The notes below the pieces were generated by a model that saw only the letters and a program-made list of their open reading frames with translations, was not told the origin of the DNA and searched no databases. Shown piece by piece: positions 25,261-37,172 of a stretch of 64,000 bases of DNA; positions within the stretch are counted from its first letter, which is position 1, and every line of letters begins with the position of its first letter. The DNA is from Lama guanicoe (Eukaryota): assembly GCA_013239625.1 (NCBI GenBank), contig MU054116.1, positions 207,890 through 271,889 of the forward strand, written 5' to 3'. Position numbers and translations under genes: made by a program.

Positions 25261-26344
25261 TAATTGAACAATAAATAATTGTAACTTGTATCGCTGGTCA
25301 TAATCATAATCTTAGCCATACAGCCTTACCAGCTGTAAGGGAGCCTGGGTAGGATTTTATCTTGGCACTTTGCACCCGGTAGAAAATTGGGCTTCAGTTT
25401 CCATGGATAAGGGAAGAAAAACACCAGACAGGAAATGACCAGTCTCTGCCACAGACCATCAGGATATTCTTCAAAAATGTACTCTAGATTATTCCCCAAA
25501 TGGGTTACCAAAATGAGACCAGGGTAGAGCTGAATGATGAACTGTGTGTTCCATTTTAAAAGGCGATTTTCTATGCTTGCATATTAGCACAAACTTATGT
25601 GATCATTAAAAACTAGCATTGACATCATTTGAATAAATAAGAGTTTTTGAAAAATTAAGTCATTTCTTTCTTGTATCTCAGGTTTGCCATTATATGCTCT
25701 CTCACATTTCCAACACAGAATTTTTCAATTAAAAGCTCTGCAGAAATAGATGATATGTCTTTGAATAAAAAAAAGCTTAAGCATAAAAATGTACCCTGAA
25801 TGTAGAGAGATAGCGTCTTTTTCCCCAGCGCAGCCCTCTGCCAGTGGACATTTTCAATCACTCTCTGCCAATAGTGGGATGACGGAGAGAGGTGACATGA
25901 CATGTGCAGTCCGTGTGAGGAAGCTCACTGGCAAGCAGTGAGCGGACCGAGGAAAGGGACAGCAGAGACACCTGCTCCAGGAGCAGCAGCAGGAACACAC
26001 CTCTGCTCCGTCATGTGACACCAGGATCACCATGAGCGGCGGCATGAGCAAGAATGCCCAGAAATAACAGCAGAGATAGTCCAAGGAAAAGCTTTATTCA
26101 ACTTCACCGGACCCAAGCAAGAAACATCCTGGAACCATGAAATTTTTCATCCAGTACTTGGATGCAAAACCTCTACATTGCTTCAAATACCAAAAGAAGT
26201 TCCTTTGTCTATCTGAAAAATCATAAGTAGAAGTAAAGAGGGTGAAAATACAGGTCAGGGAGCAACGGAACATCAAGTTTGGAATTTAAACGCAAGTAAG
26301 CGTCTTAAATATGGAGACAGCTCTCTGGGGGTGTGGAGGAAGAA

Positions 26345-26520
26345 ACAGGGGCTTTGTATTCAGATGAACTTTTGTTCGAACCTGCACCACCACAGCGGGG
26401 CATTCTGACCATTCATTTTGCTGCTCCTCAGTTTCCCCATCTATAACATGAAGATAGTTTTGTTTTTTTCACATTATATGAGATTTATGTCAAAGATAAA
26501 TGATATATATTATATATAAC
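26345..26520 (+). mobile_element. MIR SINE fragment
   Basis: MIR core-like ctcagtttccccatctataacatgaagata. Confidence 0.55.
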
Positions 26521-26606
26521 AGGCCAAACCGACTGTCTAGGAGATATATAAAAATTCCACAAAGAAATCAAAAGGGAATTCAGATGACATCAGACCACCC
26601 GCAGTG

Positions 26607-26753
26607 TCTCTGAGGACACTGCTCCCATTGCCACATGTGTTTTTACATTGTTGATTAAATTGCCACCAATTCATTACTGGGTCACCAAGGACTATTCTGT
26701 TGTTCGCTCAGATGTTCCCTCTGCACTGGTAACTGACTAAACGTATATAAAAA
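26607..26753 (+). promoter_or_regulatory. Putative promoter module of the OR at 30490-31425
   Basis: TCTCTGAGGACACTGCTCCC (26607), TTCATTA (26670), GGGTCACCAAGGA (26679), GTTCCCTCTGC, TATATAAAAA (26744). Confidence 0.65.
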
Positions 26754-26992
26754 ATGCTGCTATTACAGAATTTGCCGGGAAGCCTGCCTCCCTGCCCAGA
26801 AAGATCAGCTTCTCCCCTCCGACAAAACTCCAGAGAAATCCTCCTTACCTCTGTGCCATCTTTTCTGCCTTTGAACCAGCAGGAAAACTAGGGACTCAAG
26901 TGTCAGATGTCATTTTAGACTTTAGAGAACAGAGGAGACTGGGGCAGGGCTCACTGTATCGGGAGCTGTGAAAATCTAGGAGCTTCTGTCGA

Positions 26993-27050
26993 TGGTCAGA
27001 CTTGCCCGTGAGGGGTGTGTGTGTGTGTGTTGGTCAGACTTGCCTGTGAG

Positions 27051-27089
<39 letters not shown>

Positions 27090-27124
27090 GGTCAGACTTG
27101 CCCGTGAGGGGTGTGTGTGTGTGT
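26993..27124. repeat. Compound minisatellite: 3 x [TGGTCAGACTTGCCYGTGAGGG + (GT)n]
   Basis: Three near-identical 22-bp units separated by GT arrays of different lengths. Confidence 0.9.
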
Positions 27125-30100
27125 AGTCAGCGTTAAAATGTGGATTTCGGCTCATTATACTAATTAGGCAGAAAGGTCATCAACACTCATTTCTGACATG
27201 TTGTTATTCTGAAGGAACATGAAATTCAAATTTTCCTGCCAGGGTGACTTTAGCCTTTGAAAAGGACCAGTCATAACCATCAGTGAAGGAGGCTGTTGCT
27301 GCTTAAGAGGCAGAAGAATAAAAGGTGATGGAAAGGACACCTTACCCAATAATATGCATTAGTGTCACAGAAATCAGACACTATTAAGTGACCTCACAGG
27401 GAATAATCTCATCTTATAACTCATCTGTTATTTAAGTTCTTTTTGCTACTTTTTGGTGGAGAACTGGGGGTTGGCGAGGAGGGCACAGATTCACTTCTTG
27501 AATCTCTGTTCCAAATGAAGACTGAATGAGGTTGTTTCAAATATAAGCAAGTTCAAAGTGTCTCAGATGTATTTTTAGCTCACTAAACAGGGAGCTAACG
27601 AAGGAAGAAGCGGAGTCTCAGCCACTGTTCTAGCTCCCACCGTGTCCGTGAGAGCAGGTGGCTTTGCACAGGTTGTCATCAGCCCCTACGTGTTAATGTG
27701 AATGAAAACACTAATTATGGGAGGAAAGTGGTAAAATTTATCACTTATTTAAGGAAATTGTTACCAACTTTAATTGATCCAAACTAAAAATAAATATCTC
27801 TGAGTCTGCCAGGGAAATTTTCCAATACAACATAGAATATCGGTATGACTGGGAGTAAACACCAAAACGAAGCAGTCTTACATACAAAGGACCTGTTATC
27901 ACAGGATTAACTGCAGCGTCTGAGGTAGTGTTTAACTTAACAAGCTTCATGAATTAAAACACAATATTCCTGAAGATTAACACATACTAAGCATTTTAAA
28001 ACATCAAATTAATGATCATTCAAATGTTAATGCGACTGAGGTCATCAGTCTTTCCTTCCTATGTAGAAGAATAAGAATTTTGATAGGAGAAGTTTTAGAT
28101 CCTAGGAACTTTGAGGAGAAAGTGAGCTGTAGTTACTATATCAATGGCCAGTGCCAGGATTTAAACTCTTCTACAACAGAAGGAAGGGAGGGAGGGGAAA
28201 AGGAAAACTAGGAGTGCAAAAATGAACCAGACCTATCATTTAGTTTTCCTATCAGTCTTCCCTGGCTACTCTACGGCAAGATACTATCTCTCCAGTAAAC
28301 CATTTTCCCATGAGCTAAGGGAGGGGTTTCTCTGTTTCAGAATCATGTCTGTGAACCCTGAATAACGCACCTCGCTAACTCAGCTTACGGTGATTGATAA
28401 CACTGACAATTTTAGTAGGAGGAAAAGAACCTAGAGAAGCAGGGTGAGCATAGGAAGATATGAATAGCCACTGATGTAACTCAGAGTGAGCGCCAGGGAA
28501 CAAGCATGGGGTAGTTATCACCCCAGACCCAGAGCTGCAGTTTCATTTTTATCTTGTGACATACTCACGTCGCGGAGTATGCACTGAAATGAAATACTGT
28601 CTCCCACTGGTAGCCTCACATCTCCTGGAGGGAGCAACTTGTCAATGGTTGGATCTCCAGTCTCTGAAACTATGCCCTATAAATAATAGATGCCTATTTA
28701 GTATTTGTTTGAATGAATAAATGTAGATTATCTGCACAATAAGAAAGAAGAGGAAGCCCACGTATTTTTTCACTCTCTACTCAGAACACACACAGTAGGT
28801 CAACTGTTTAAACACACGATTAGTTTTTCCTCTCGTGTAGAAGTGTATAGTGTTTGCCCACAAACCCTTGAGTTATGCCTACATTTGCTCATTTACTAAT
28901 CAAGCCTCCCTAAAAAAAGACAAATACACATTATAGGTCAATATGTCCAGTTATTATTAACTGCTGGTAACCCCAGGGAGAACGCAGTCACCAGTTCTTC
29001 TTTTACAGGATGGAAACCTGAGAGTAGCTTCTTGGAATATGAATCTCAGTGAGGGTAAGTTCTGACATTAAGGAGAGGGGAATTTTCTGAGCCTCTATTC
29101 AAAGGGGATAGATTCCTGAGAAAATGTAAATTAGAGTACAGGGAGGCTTGAAACTCGGGGGAGGGGGGAGATGCTGAAATGGACAGTGAAAAAACGTCCG
29201 TTAGAAAGGTAGGGGACTTCATAGTTTGTTTACAAAGATTGGCCCACGTGTGTCCCTTTGTGTCTGGATGTTGCTTGTGCAAGTTACATATATCTAAACT
29301 GGGAGAACATAAGCAGCAGGGGAGAGAAGGAGCTGTTTGGTAAATTAGTGGGGAGAGGTGATCTGAGGAGGGGAGCGGCAGACATCATTCATGAAGAGGT
29401 CACGAAGCTACACCCTGAGACAGATTCTGAAGGCTGTGTGCTGTGAAGAGCACAGGGTTGATTAGGCTGGCAGAGAAAGCAGATACCTCAGATCATTCCC
29501 TCTGGGCTTCATCCATGACCCAAAGCACTACAATAGGACTAAACCTGCTTTATATTCAGGTTCCAAAACAATTTCATTTTTATTGCTTCAGGTAACCCTC
29601 TGCCTATGCAGTTCCAAAACTAGCTTAGAAATAATTTCATTTGCCTGTATATAGGATGTCAAAGCAAAGTTGCAACTTTTTATCTCCCTATGCAGAGACA
29701 ATTTTAAGTACAAAGAGCAGAACTAACACTTTTAAGGCAATGTGCTACTGTTAAAATTCAGCATAACAACATAAGATGATCAACATAAAATACTAATTGC
29801 ATATTTGTCCAAACCCATAGTACATACATCACCAAGAGAGAACCACCATGCAAACTAATGGACTGTGGGTGATTGTGATGTCAGAGTGGGTTCATCAGTT
29901 GTAACAAACATACCACTCTGGGGGGGGGATGTTGATAACGAAGAAGGCTGTGCATGCATGGGACATCTCTTTGCCTTCCCCTCAATTCTGCTGTGAACAT
30001 CAAATGGCTCTAAAAATATGTTTTAACTTTAGACACAAAAATTACTAATTAGCAGAGCCTTCTTGGTTTTGAAACCAGAGCATTTTGGTATTGGGGTGGA

Positions 30101-30489
30101 AAAGCAAAGAAACACGAGGATGGGAGGGAAACAACTTCAAAAATGACATAATTTCCTCCAGGATAAGGAAAAAGAAAGTCCCCATTACAAGGCAGTCCTG
30201 TTGAGAAACTGCATATCAGACATAAGACTTCTGTTTTTGTATTTGACGTCTTTGTAAATGTGCTTTCTAGTCAGAGAATTACAGGTGTAAGATTCATAAT
30301 AGTGATTGCCTATAAATGTCTCTTACTAAGATGTCGAAGGCACTGCTGTGTTAACAAACTGAGTATAAATAAAAGAAGAGAGTGCACGAGAGTTGATTTG
30401 CTAGGATACTTCATTCAGGTTCCAAAACTAGGTTCTTATGACACTTCTTCCTTCAGGTGGAATCACCCCTGACCTGGCAGGAGGCAGTG

Positions 30490-31425
30490 ATGAGAAATCA
30501 TACAGCAGTAACAACATTCATCCTGCTGGGATTAACAGATGACCCAGAACTACAAGTTCTGCTTTTTCTATTTTTGTTCCTCACCTGCATGTTGAGTGTG
30601 GCTGGGAACCTCATCATTATCACCCTGACACTTTTGGATTCCCATCTTCAAACTCCCATGTATTTTTTCCTCCGAAATGCCTCTTTCTTAGAAGTCTCAT
30701 TCACCACGGTCTGTATTCCCAGATTCCTGTATACTCTGACAACTGGAGACAATACTGTTACCTATAATGCTTGTGCCACCCAATTATTTTTTGTTGTCTT
30801 TGGAGCAACCGAATTTTTTCTCCTGGCCGCCATGTCCTATGACCGCTATGTGGCCATCTGTGAGCCCCTGCACTACACGAGCATCATGAACAACAGGGTC
30901 TGCATGGCACTCGTTCTCTGCTGTTGGTTTGCGGGCCTGTTGATCATCCTCCCGCCTCTGTGCGTGGGCTTCCAGCTGGAATTCTGTGACTCGAATGTGA
31001 TTGATCATTGTGGCTGTGATGCATCTCCCATTTTACAGATAACCTGCTCAGACACTGTGCTGATGGAGAGAATCATCTTGAGTTTGGCGGTGCTGACACT
31101 CATTATGACCTTAGCGTGTGTAGTCCTCTCCTACACATACATCATCAGGACCATTCTAAGATTCCCTTCTGCTCAACAAAGAAGAAAGGCCTTTTCCACC
31201 TGCTCCTCCCACATGATTGTGGTTTCCATCACCTACGGCAGCTGCATCTTCATCTACATCAAACCTTCCGCAAAGGAAGGAGTGGCCATCAACAAAGTGG
31301 TGTCTGTGCTCACCGCTTCAGTTGCCCCTTTGCTGAATCCATTCATTTATACCCTTCGAAACAAACAAGTGAAAGAAGCCTTCAAAGACACAGTAAAACG
31401 GATTGTGTTTATCACAAAGAAGTAA
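30490..31425 (+). CDS. Olfactory receptor, OR6C2-like, open 311-aa frame
   Basis: ATG at 30490 (the ORF-track start at 30457 is a GTG directly after acceptor TTCCTTCAG). Motifs [45 protein letters not shown]. Confidence 0.93.
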   Translation: MRNHTAVTTFILLGLTDDPELQVLLFLFLFLTCMLSVAGNLIIITLTLLDSHLQTPMYFFLRNASFLEVSFTTVCIPRFLYTLTTGDNTVTYNACATQLFFVVFGATEFFLLAAMSYDRYVAICEPLHYTSIMNNRVCMALVLCCWFAGLLIILPPLCVGFQLEFCDSNVIDHCGCDASPILQITCSDTVLMERIILSLAVLTLIMTLACVVLSYTYIIRTILRFPSAQQRRKAFSTCSSHMIVVSITYGSCIFIYIKPSAKEGVAINKVVSVLTASVAPLLNPFIYTLRNKQVKEAFKDTVKRIVFITKK

Positions 31426-32194
31426 GACACTACTGCTGTTTTTTGAGACTGACTTAAATTTAAACCTGAATAACCCAGGAGCAACATTCACGAATTTGCT
31501 AAATAAATAGTTTCTTCCTATTCTGTAGATTAATCAAGTGAATCCTCTCCCAGGAATGTTCTTTTATAACCCAAATGCCAAAATCAAGTTCCTTCTTTCC
31601 AAGTTTATTTTATTCAAAAAGTTTTTTTCCATTAATGCATGTTCCAGAGACTAGATTCCCAAAATACTCAATGTCATAAAAGGGAAATATAGATACATGA
31701 AGCTGTATGTCTGGCCATCTGGCCTTCTCGTGATGTGGAATATAAATGCCCAGAGAGCATTTCTCACTCGTTTGGAAGACCCCAGTTGAACAAGAGTAAT
31801 TAAAAACTCTTCACCAAAGCTTAAAGCATGATCTTAAAGAAAAGTTTGCACTCCAGAGCTCTCTTTTTCATTTTAAAATGTCCATTTTTTAGGGATGACT
31901 AAAAGGTGTTAATGGGGAAATTTCAAAATCAGTGAAGATAATTATATTCTTTCTTTTAAACCAATTTATCTACAAAAATCTTTCTACTGACCTGTCTGGA
32001 AATGATGTGGATGTATTGCATCTTGAAATATCTGATTACAGAAGAGAAAGAACAAGACTTCTGAGCGCTAGAGTCGTCTACTGACACGGCCCCTGACGGT
32101 GCTTAGACACGGACCCCAGGAGAACAAGCCCCGACTTTAGGAGTAGGGCGAGTAAATCTTACCAAAAACATAAACATGAAAGGCAAAAAAAAAA

Positions 32195-33330
32195 AAAATT
32201 TTAAGAAGACCATATAGGAGAACAGATTCACAGCCTTAGGTTAGGGAAGAATTTCTTAAATTAGATACAACAAACAATTGATAAATTCGACTGCATTACG
32301 ATTAAGAATCTGTTCCCCTCAAAAAAACCATTAATAGAGTCAATAGTAGAAGATATTTGCAACTCATATAACCCAAAAAGTAATTAAGTTCAGAATATAT
32401 AAGGAATTCCAATAAATCAATAGGAAAAAGACAGATAACCCAATGAAAAAGAAATGGGCAAGAGATCAAAATAGGAACTTCAAAAAAGAGAAATATAAAT
32501 GGCTAATATAGGTATAGAAAATTCTTCACCCATACTAGTAACTACAGAAAAGCAAATTAAGATCACATGAGTTCCCTAATTCAAAAAGGTACATGTACCC
32601 CAATGTTCATAGGAGCACTGTTTATAATAGCCAACCTAAAAGTCCATCAACCGATGAATGGATTAAAAAAGATGTGGTATGTGTGTGTGTGTGTGTGTGT
32701 ATGTATATATATATATATTTATACATATACAATGAAATACTACTCAGCCATTAAAAGAATGAGATAATGCCATTTGCAGTAACATGGATGGACCTAGAGA
32801 TCACACAAAGTGAAGTAAAACAAAGACGATGGTATCACTTGTATGTGGAATCTAAAAAATGATACAAATGAACTTATTTGCAAAAGAGAAACAGACTCAC
32901 AGACATAGATATACCAGAGGTGGTGATACTGGAAGTAAATCAACCACTTTGAAATCAGTTTGGCATCACTAGTGAAGCTGAAGTTATACATAGCAATAAC
33001 CCAGCAATTTCCATTCTTGGGTATATTTCACAGAGAAAATTTCAGACATGTTTCAGTATAGCTGTACATTTCATAATTTCCCCAAAATGAAAAATAAATT
33101 CCTGTCAACTGAATAGATGAATAAATTGTCACACAGTGGAACACTACAATGAAAATGAATGACTCACAGAAACAACACAAATGAATACTAAGCATAAAAT
33201 TGAACAAAAGAAGCAAGACAGGAAAGAATACATACAATGCAATTCCAATTTTATAAAGTTTGAAAACAAGTAACACTAAATCATATTGTTTAAGGATCTA
33301 TACTTAAGTGATAAAATTACAAGTGTAAGC
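32195..33330 (+). mobile_element. Old L1 3' region with a nested younger L1 3' fragment (~32570-32910) containing (GT)n(AT)n
   Basis: ORF2-end peptide TCTPMFIGALF...YYSAIKR; degenerate L1 3' sequence on both sides. Confidence 0.7.
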
Positions 33331-34032
33331 AATTTAATTTGTTGAAGTTTTCTCATACGCAAATGCAGATAAAAATAAGAACAGGCCCCAAAGATTTCTG
33401 TGATGATTAAATAAATTAATGCATGTAACAGACTCAGTCTCTGCTTTAAAAAAATGCAAATCACTTAATAAGCAAAGTTACTCATATGGTTCTCCTTGGT
33501 CTTGCTGCTAATGTTCCTGGTGTTAATACTGCTATTGATTTTTTATCTTTTGAAACTTCTGTGAACACAAGCCTCTATCCAAAACAAAGTTTTTAGCCAC
33601 ATACGTTTTCTCTTTTTTGAGTCTGATCTTCGTACTTCATTCTTATAATATCAGGTGATGAACAAGAAGAAAAGAATGGACAGAAAATAAGATAATATTG
33701 ATTTATATTTTGGAGTGGGTGGTGAATGAATGACTTAATCATCATCTGAGAGATGGCTTGATTTCTGATGAATTTGCAAGTACTATAGGGGCCACCCATC
33801 CTCCTACAAATGAAAGGACCCCTAATTATGTTGATTTTACAAGAATAATTTATGAAATATTTTCAGAATGTGGGGCTCTTCAGTGACCATCAAATTGCAT
33901 CACCAATGCAGTAGCATATTTCAATGATAACTAAGTGATAAATTTTCTAACCATCCTTAGAGGTCTCACCCCATTGCTCTCAGCCTCTCTCTCAGACTCT
34001 TAGGCCGTAGCTGAGTCTCTCATTGCACTTTT

Positions 34033-34118
34033 TTTGGGTCTTTTTTGCCAGCTTTATTGAAATATAGTTGACATATAACACTGTGTAACTTTAAGATGTA
34101 CAAGGTGATGATTTGATA
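34033..34118 (-). mobile_element. Short L1 3'-end insertion (L1MA9/10-like)
   Basis: 16-bp TSD CTCTCATTGCACTTTT (34017-34032, 34119-34134); ccagctttattgaaatatagttgacatataac terminus. Confidence 0.8.
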
Positions 34119-34149
34119 CTCTCATTGCACTTTTAACACAGTCTCCCTG

Positions 34150-34304
34150 GCTCTTCTCCTCTCAGACATGTGTCCACAAGTTGCTCACAGAGTTGTCAGC
34201 AATTGGTGTTCATTAGCACCTTCTGAACTTGGGCCCACAGGGCACCTTTAGCTTCTTTAGGAAATTGATCCCCATGTGCCTGCTCTAAATACGGAGCAGA
34301 TAAA
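34150..34304 (+). promoter_or_regulatory. Putative promoter module of the OR at 36243-37172
   Basis: TTCATTA (34209), GGGCCCACAGGGC (34231), GATCCCCATGTGC, GATAAA (34299); candidate donor CAG|GTGAGT at 34867 and acceptor CCTTAG at 36223-36224. Confidence 0.6.
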
Positions 34305-36242
34305 GTCTGGGTCACTCTTGCTAACACAGAATCTGCAAAGTCCATATCTTAGCTTCTAAGGACAGCAACATAATTTACCATAAATCAGAAAACTTAGGAG
34401 ATTTTCAGTCTGATAAGTTGTCTTTTTTAATTCTATCACTGTTATTTTTTTAATTCTGGGTTTTTGTTTTTTTTTGCTGCTCCTAAATTGAACTGTATCT
34501 CTCAAGAACTGAGGTATCATTCTAGTTTGAATTATTTGGACTAATAGAAAAACAACTCACTTCTTATTTAGTTAAGACTTATAAAGTTGGGTACTTCTAT
34601 GAGAGAGCATGGCAGGATAGGATCAGACAGTATAAAGAAATTATGCTAATTTTTTACCATTTGTAGACTCATGTGTGAATCTCATCTTTGATTCATCTTT
34701 TTGAATCAACAAAGTAAACAGACCACTGCAAATTGTGAAGAGTATGAGCACCTTATGTTTCCAGTTCCCAGAATCACCAATATTATCATTTTGTGAACAT
34801 AGACCATGAAATTATACTAGTGTGAAGTTCTGGAAGAAAACACAAAGCTACTATTAAAAATCACAGGTGAGTACATCAGGGAAGTGAGATCCAGATCTGA
34901 GAAAACCAGCTCAAGGTTCAACCTCACCTGGTCCCTCCGTACTCACTTACGGCTGTCATGGGAAAATTGTCACTGATGTCTGAAAGTATATGATTTTTCT
35001 AACTAACTATGCATGTGGATTAGATCCCTTAAAATGTCCTTTGCCACAGGAATCTTCAAAATCCAATAGGGCTAAAGATGGCAAATCAAAGTTTCCTTCC
35101 TTGTGCACCATTAATTTATCTACAAAGGACAACTATAATAACAATATTAGTGTCAACTTCCTGCTCTCTGTGTTCTAAGAGCAGTGGACACACATCTCTG
35201 AGATTATAACCAACTTCTACTCCCAAATACTATTCAGGCATCTTCAAAACTTTCACCAAAATCCATTCTGAGAGATGTGTCCTGTGGCTGCCACAGTCTC
35301 TCTCTGCCTGGCAGTGTGCCAAATCAGTGCCCAGAAGACTCCAAATACGGCAGCAAAGCATAAAGTTTAATGCTTATCAATATGATTTAGTGATGACCGA
35401 GACCTGGACAGAAGAAAAGACTGACAGGATAAAATGACAGAGTGATGAAACAATGGTCTCAGAATCTTAAAGGCCAGATAGATATTCACCTCAAAAAATT
35501 CAGAGAGGTAGCAAAAAGTCAGTGTTGGATCTGGGACCTGCAGTGTCTCCTGCACTGGGAGAATTTCCACAGGTTACTTACAGAGGGAACCAGGAACCAG
35601 CATGTGAAGGAGATGAGGGTCAGTGACAGACACATGATGAGGTATCAGGTAGTATGTGAAGGGGAACACAGAAAGAAAAGAGGAACAAGGAGAAACATTT
35701 ATACAAGAACATAGAAGTGAGAGAGGTAAGTCAGCTACAATGATTTAAGTGTAGGAAATTTATGAACATTTCATAGGAAAGGACAGGTCCAGACAGTCAT
35801 TCTTGTGTGACATATCTTTACTAAGAACCTAGGAATAGGAGAAATGGCAAAAACTTTATGAATAGAATCAGTATTTTACATTTTGGTGTTTTTATCCCAC
35901 TGTATGACTCTTCTATGCACATCCTTTGTGTGTGTGTGTTTTAGATATGTTTTATTCTTTGTGTTTAAATCAATTTGTATTAATGTTTTAATGTGAAAAT
36001 ATTAACCCTGCCAAAAAAAAAAAAAAAAAGCTTTATGAGTCAAGCCACTTGCACAGGAGACTTGCGGCTTCCGATTAGCCAAGTCCAGTCCAGTGGGATG
36101 CCAGTTCGGGTCAATTTGAATGAAGAGTTGATAACATGACCTGCTTGTGTTGGTTGCCATTAACTTCATTTTTCCACCCTAAGAAACTTCCATTTTCATC
36201 ACTGATCCTGCCTTTTTTCCTTAGATCTACTGAGGGCCAACA

Positions 36243-37172
36243 ATGAAAAACCGAACCACATTTACTGAGTTTATCTTGCAGGGCTTCACAAATCAACCAG
36301 AACTCCAAGTGGTGATATTCATCTTTCTGTTCCTCGCCTACATGCTGAGTGTCCTGGAAAATCTGACTATCATCATACTCACCCTGGTAGACCCCCACCT
36401 CAAGACGCCCATGTATTTCTTCCTCCGGAATTTCTCCTTCTTAGAAATTTCCTTCACGTCCATTTTTATTCCCAGATTTCTAACCAGCTTGACAACGGGA
36501 AATAAAGTCATCAGCTTTGCTGGCTGCTTGACTCAATATTTTTTTGCTATACTTCTTGGGGCCACAGAGTTTTACCTCCTGGCTTCTATGTCCTATGACC
36601 GCTACGTGGCCATCTGCAAGCCCCTGCACTACCTGACCATCATGAGCAGCAGAGTCTGCGTCCAGCTCGTGTTCTGCTCCTGGCTCGGGGGGGCCCTGGC
36701 TATCCTGCCGCCAATCATGTTGATGAGCCAGGTGGACTTCTGTGCCTCCAATGTTCTAAATCAATATTACTGTGACTATAGACCCCTCCTAGAGGTTGCC
36801 TGCTCAGACACCAGCCTTTTAGAATTAATAGTCATCTTTTTAGCCATCTTGACTCTGGTGGTTACTCTGATGCTGGTGACACTTTCTTATACATATATTA
36901 TCAGGACTATTCTGAGGATCCCTTCTGGCCAGCAAAGGAGAAAGGCATTTGCCACTTGTTCCTCCCACATGATTGTCATCTCCCTCTCTTATGGCAGCTG
37001 CATCTTTTTATACATTAATCCATCACCAAAACAACGAGAAAACTTCGACAAGGAAATTTCTCTGCTCATGACTTCAGTTAGCCCCTTGTTGAATCCCTTT
37101 ATTTATACCCTAAGGAATCAGCAGGTGAAGCAAGCTTTTAAGAGCACAGTGAAAAAAATTGTGAAGTTTTAA
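36243..37172 (+). CDS. Olfactory receptor OR6C4-like, divergent paralog, 309 aa
   Basis: All OR motifs present; nearly identical to 43977-44906 over TM2-TM4 and more divergent in ECL2 and TM7. Confidence 0.93.
   Translation: MKNRTTFTEFILQGFTNQPELQVVIFIFLFLAYMLSVLENLTIIILTLVDPHLKTPMYFFLRNFSFLEISFTSIFIPRFLTSLTTGNKVISFAGCLTQYFFAILLGATEFYLLASMSYDRYVAICKPLHYLTIMSSRVCVQLVFCSWLGGALAILPPIMLMSQVDFCASNVLNQYYCDYRPLLEVACSDTSLLELIVIFLAILTLVVTLMLVTLSYTYIIRTILRIPSGQQRRKAFATCSSHMIVISLSYGSCIFLYINPSPKQRENFDKEISLLMTSVSPLLNPFIYTLRNQQVKQAFKSTVKKIVKF

Noticed and set aside
26993..27124. Repeat-spacer pattern resembling a CRISPR array
   Set aside because: Spacers are plain GT microsatellite, the DNA is mammalian and there are no cas genes.
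30457..30489. 11-aa N-terminal extension ([11 protein letters not shown]) in the ORF track
   Set aside because: The start is GTG directly after a splice acceptor; the family-typical ATG is at 30490. The same applies to the GTG at 53330.
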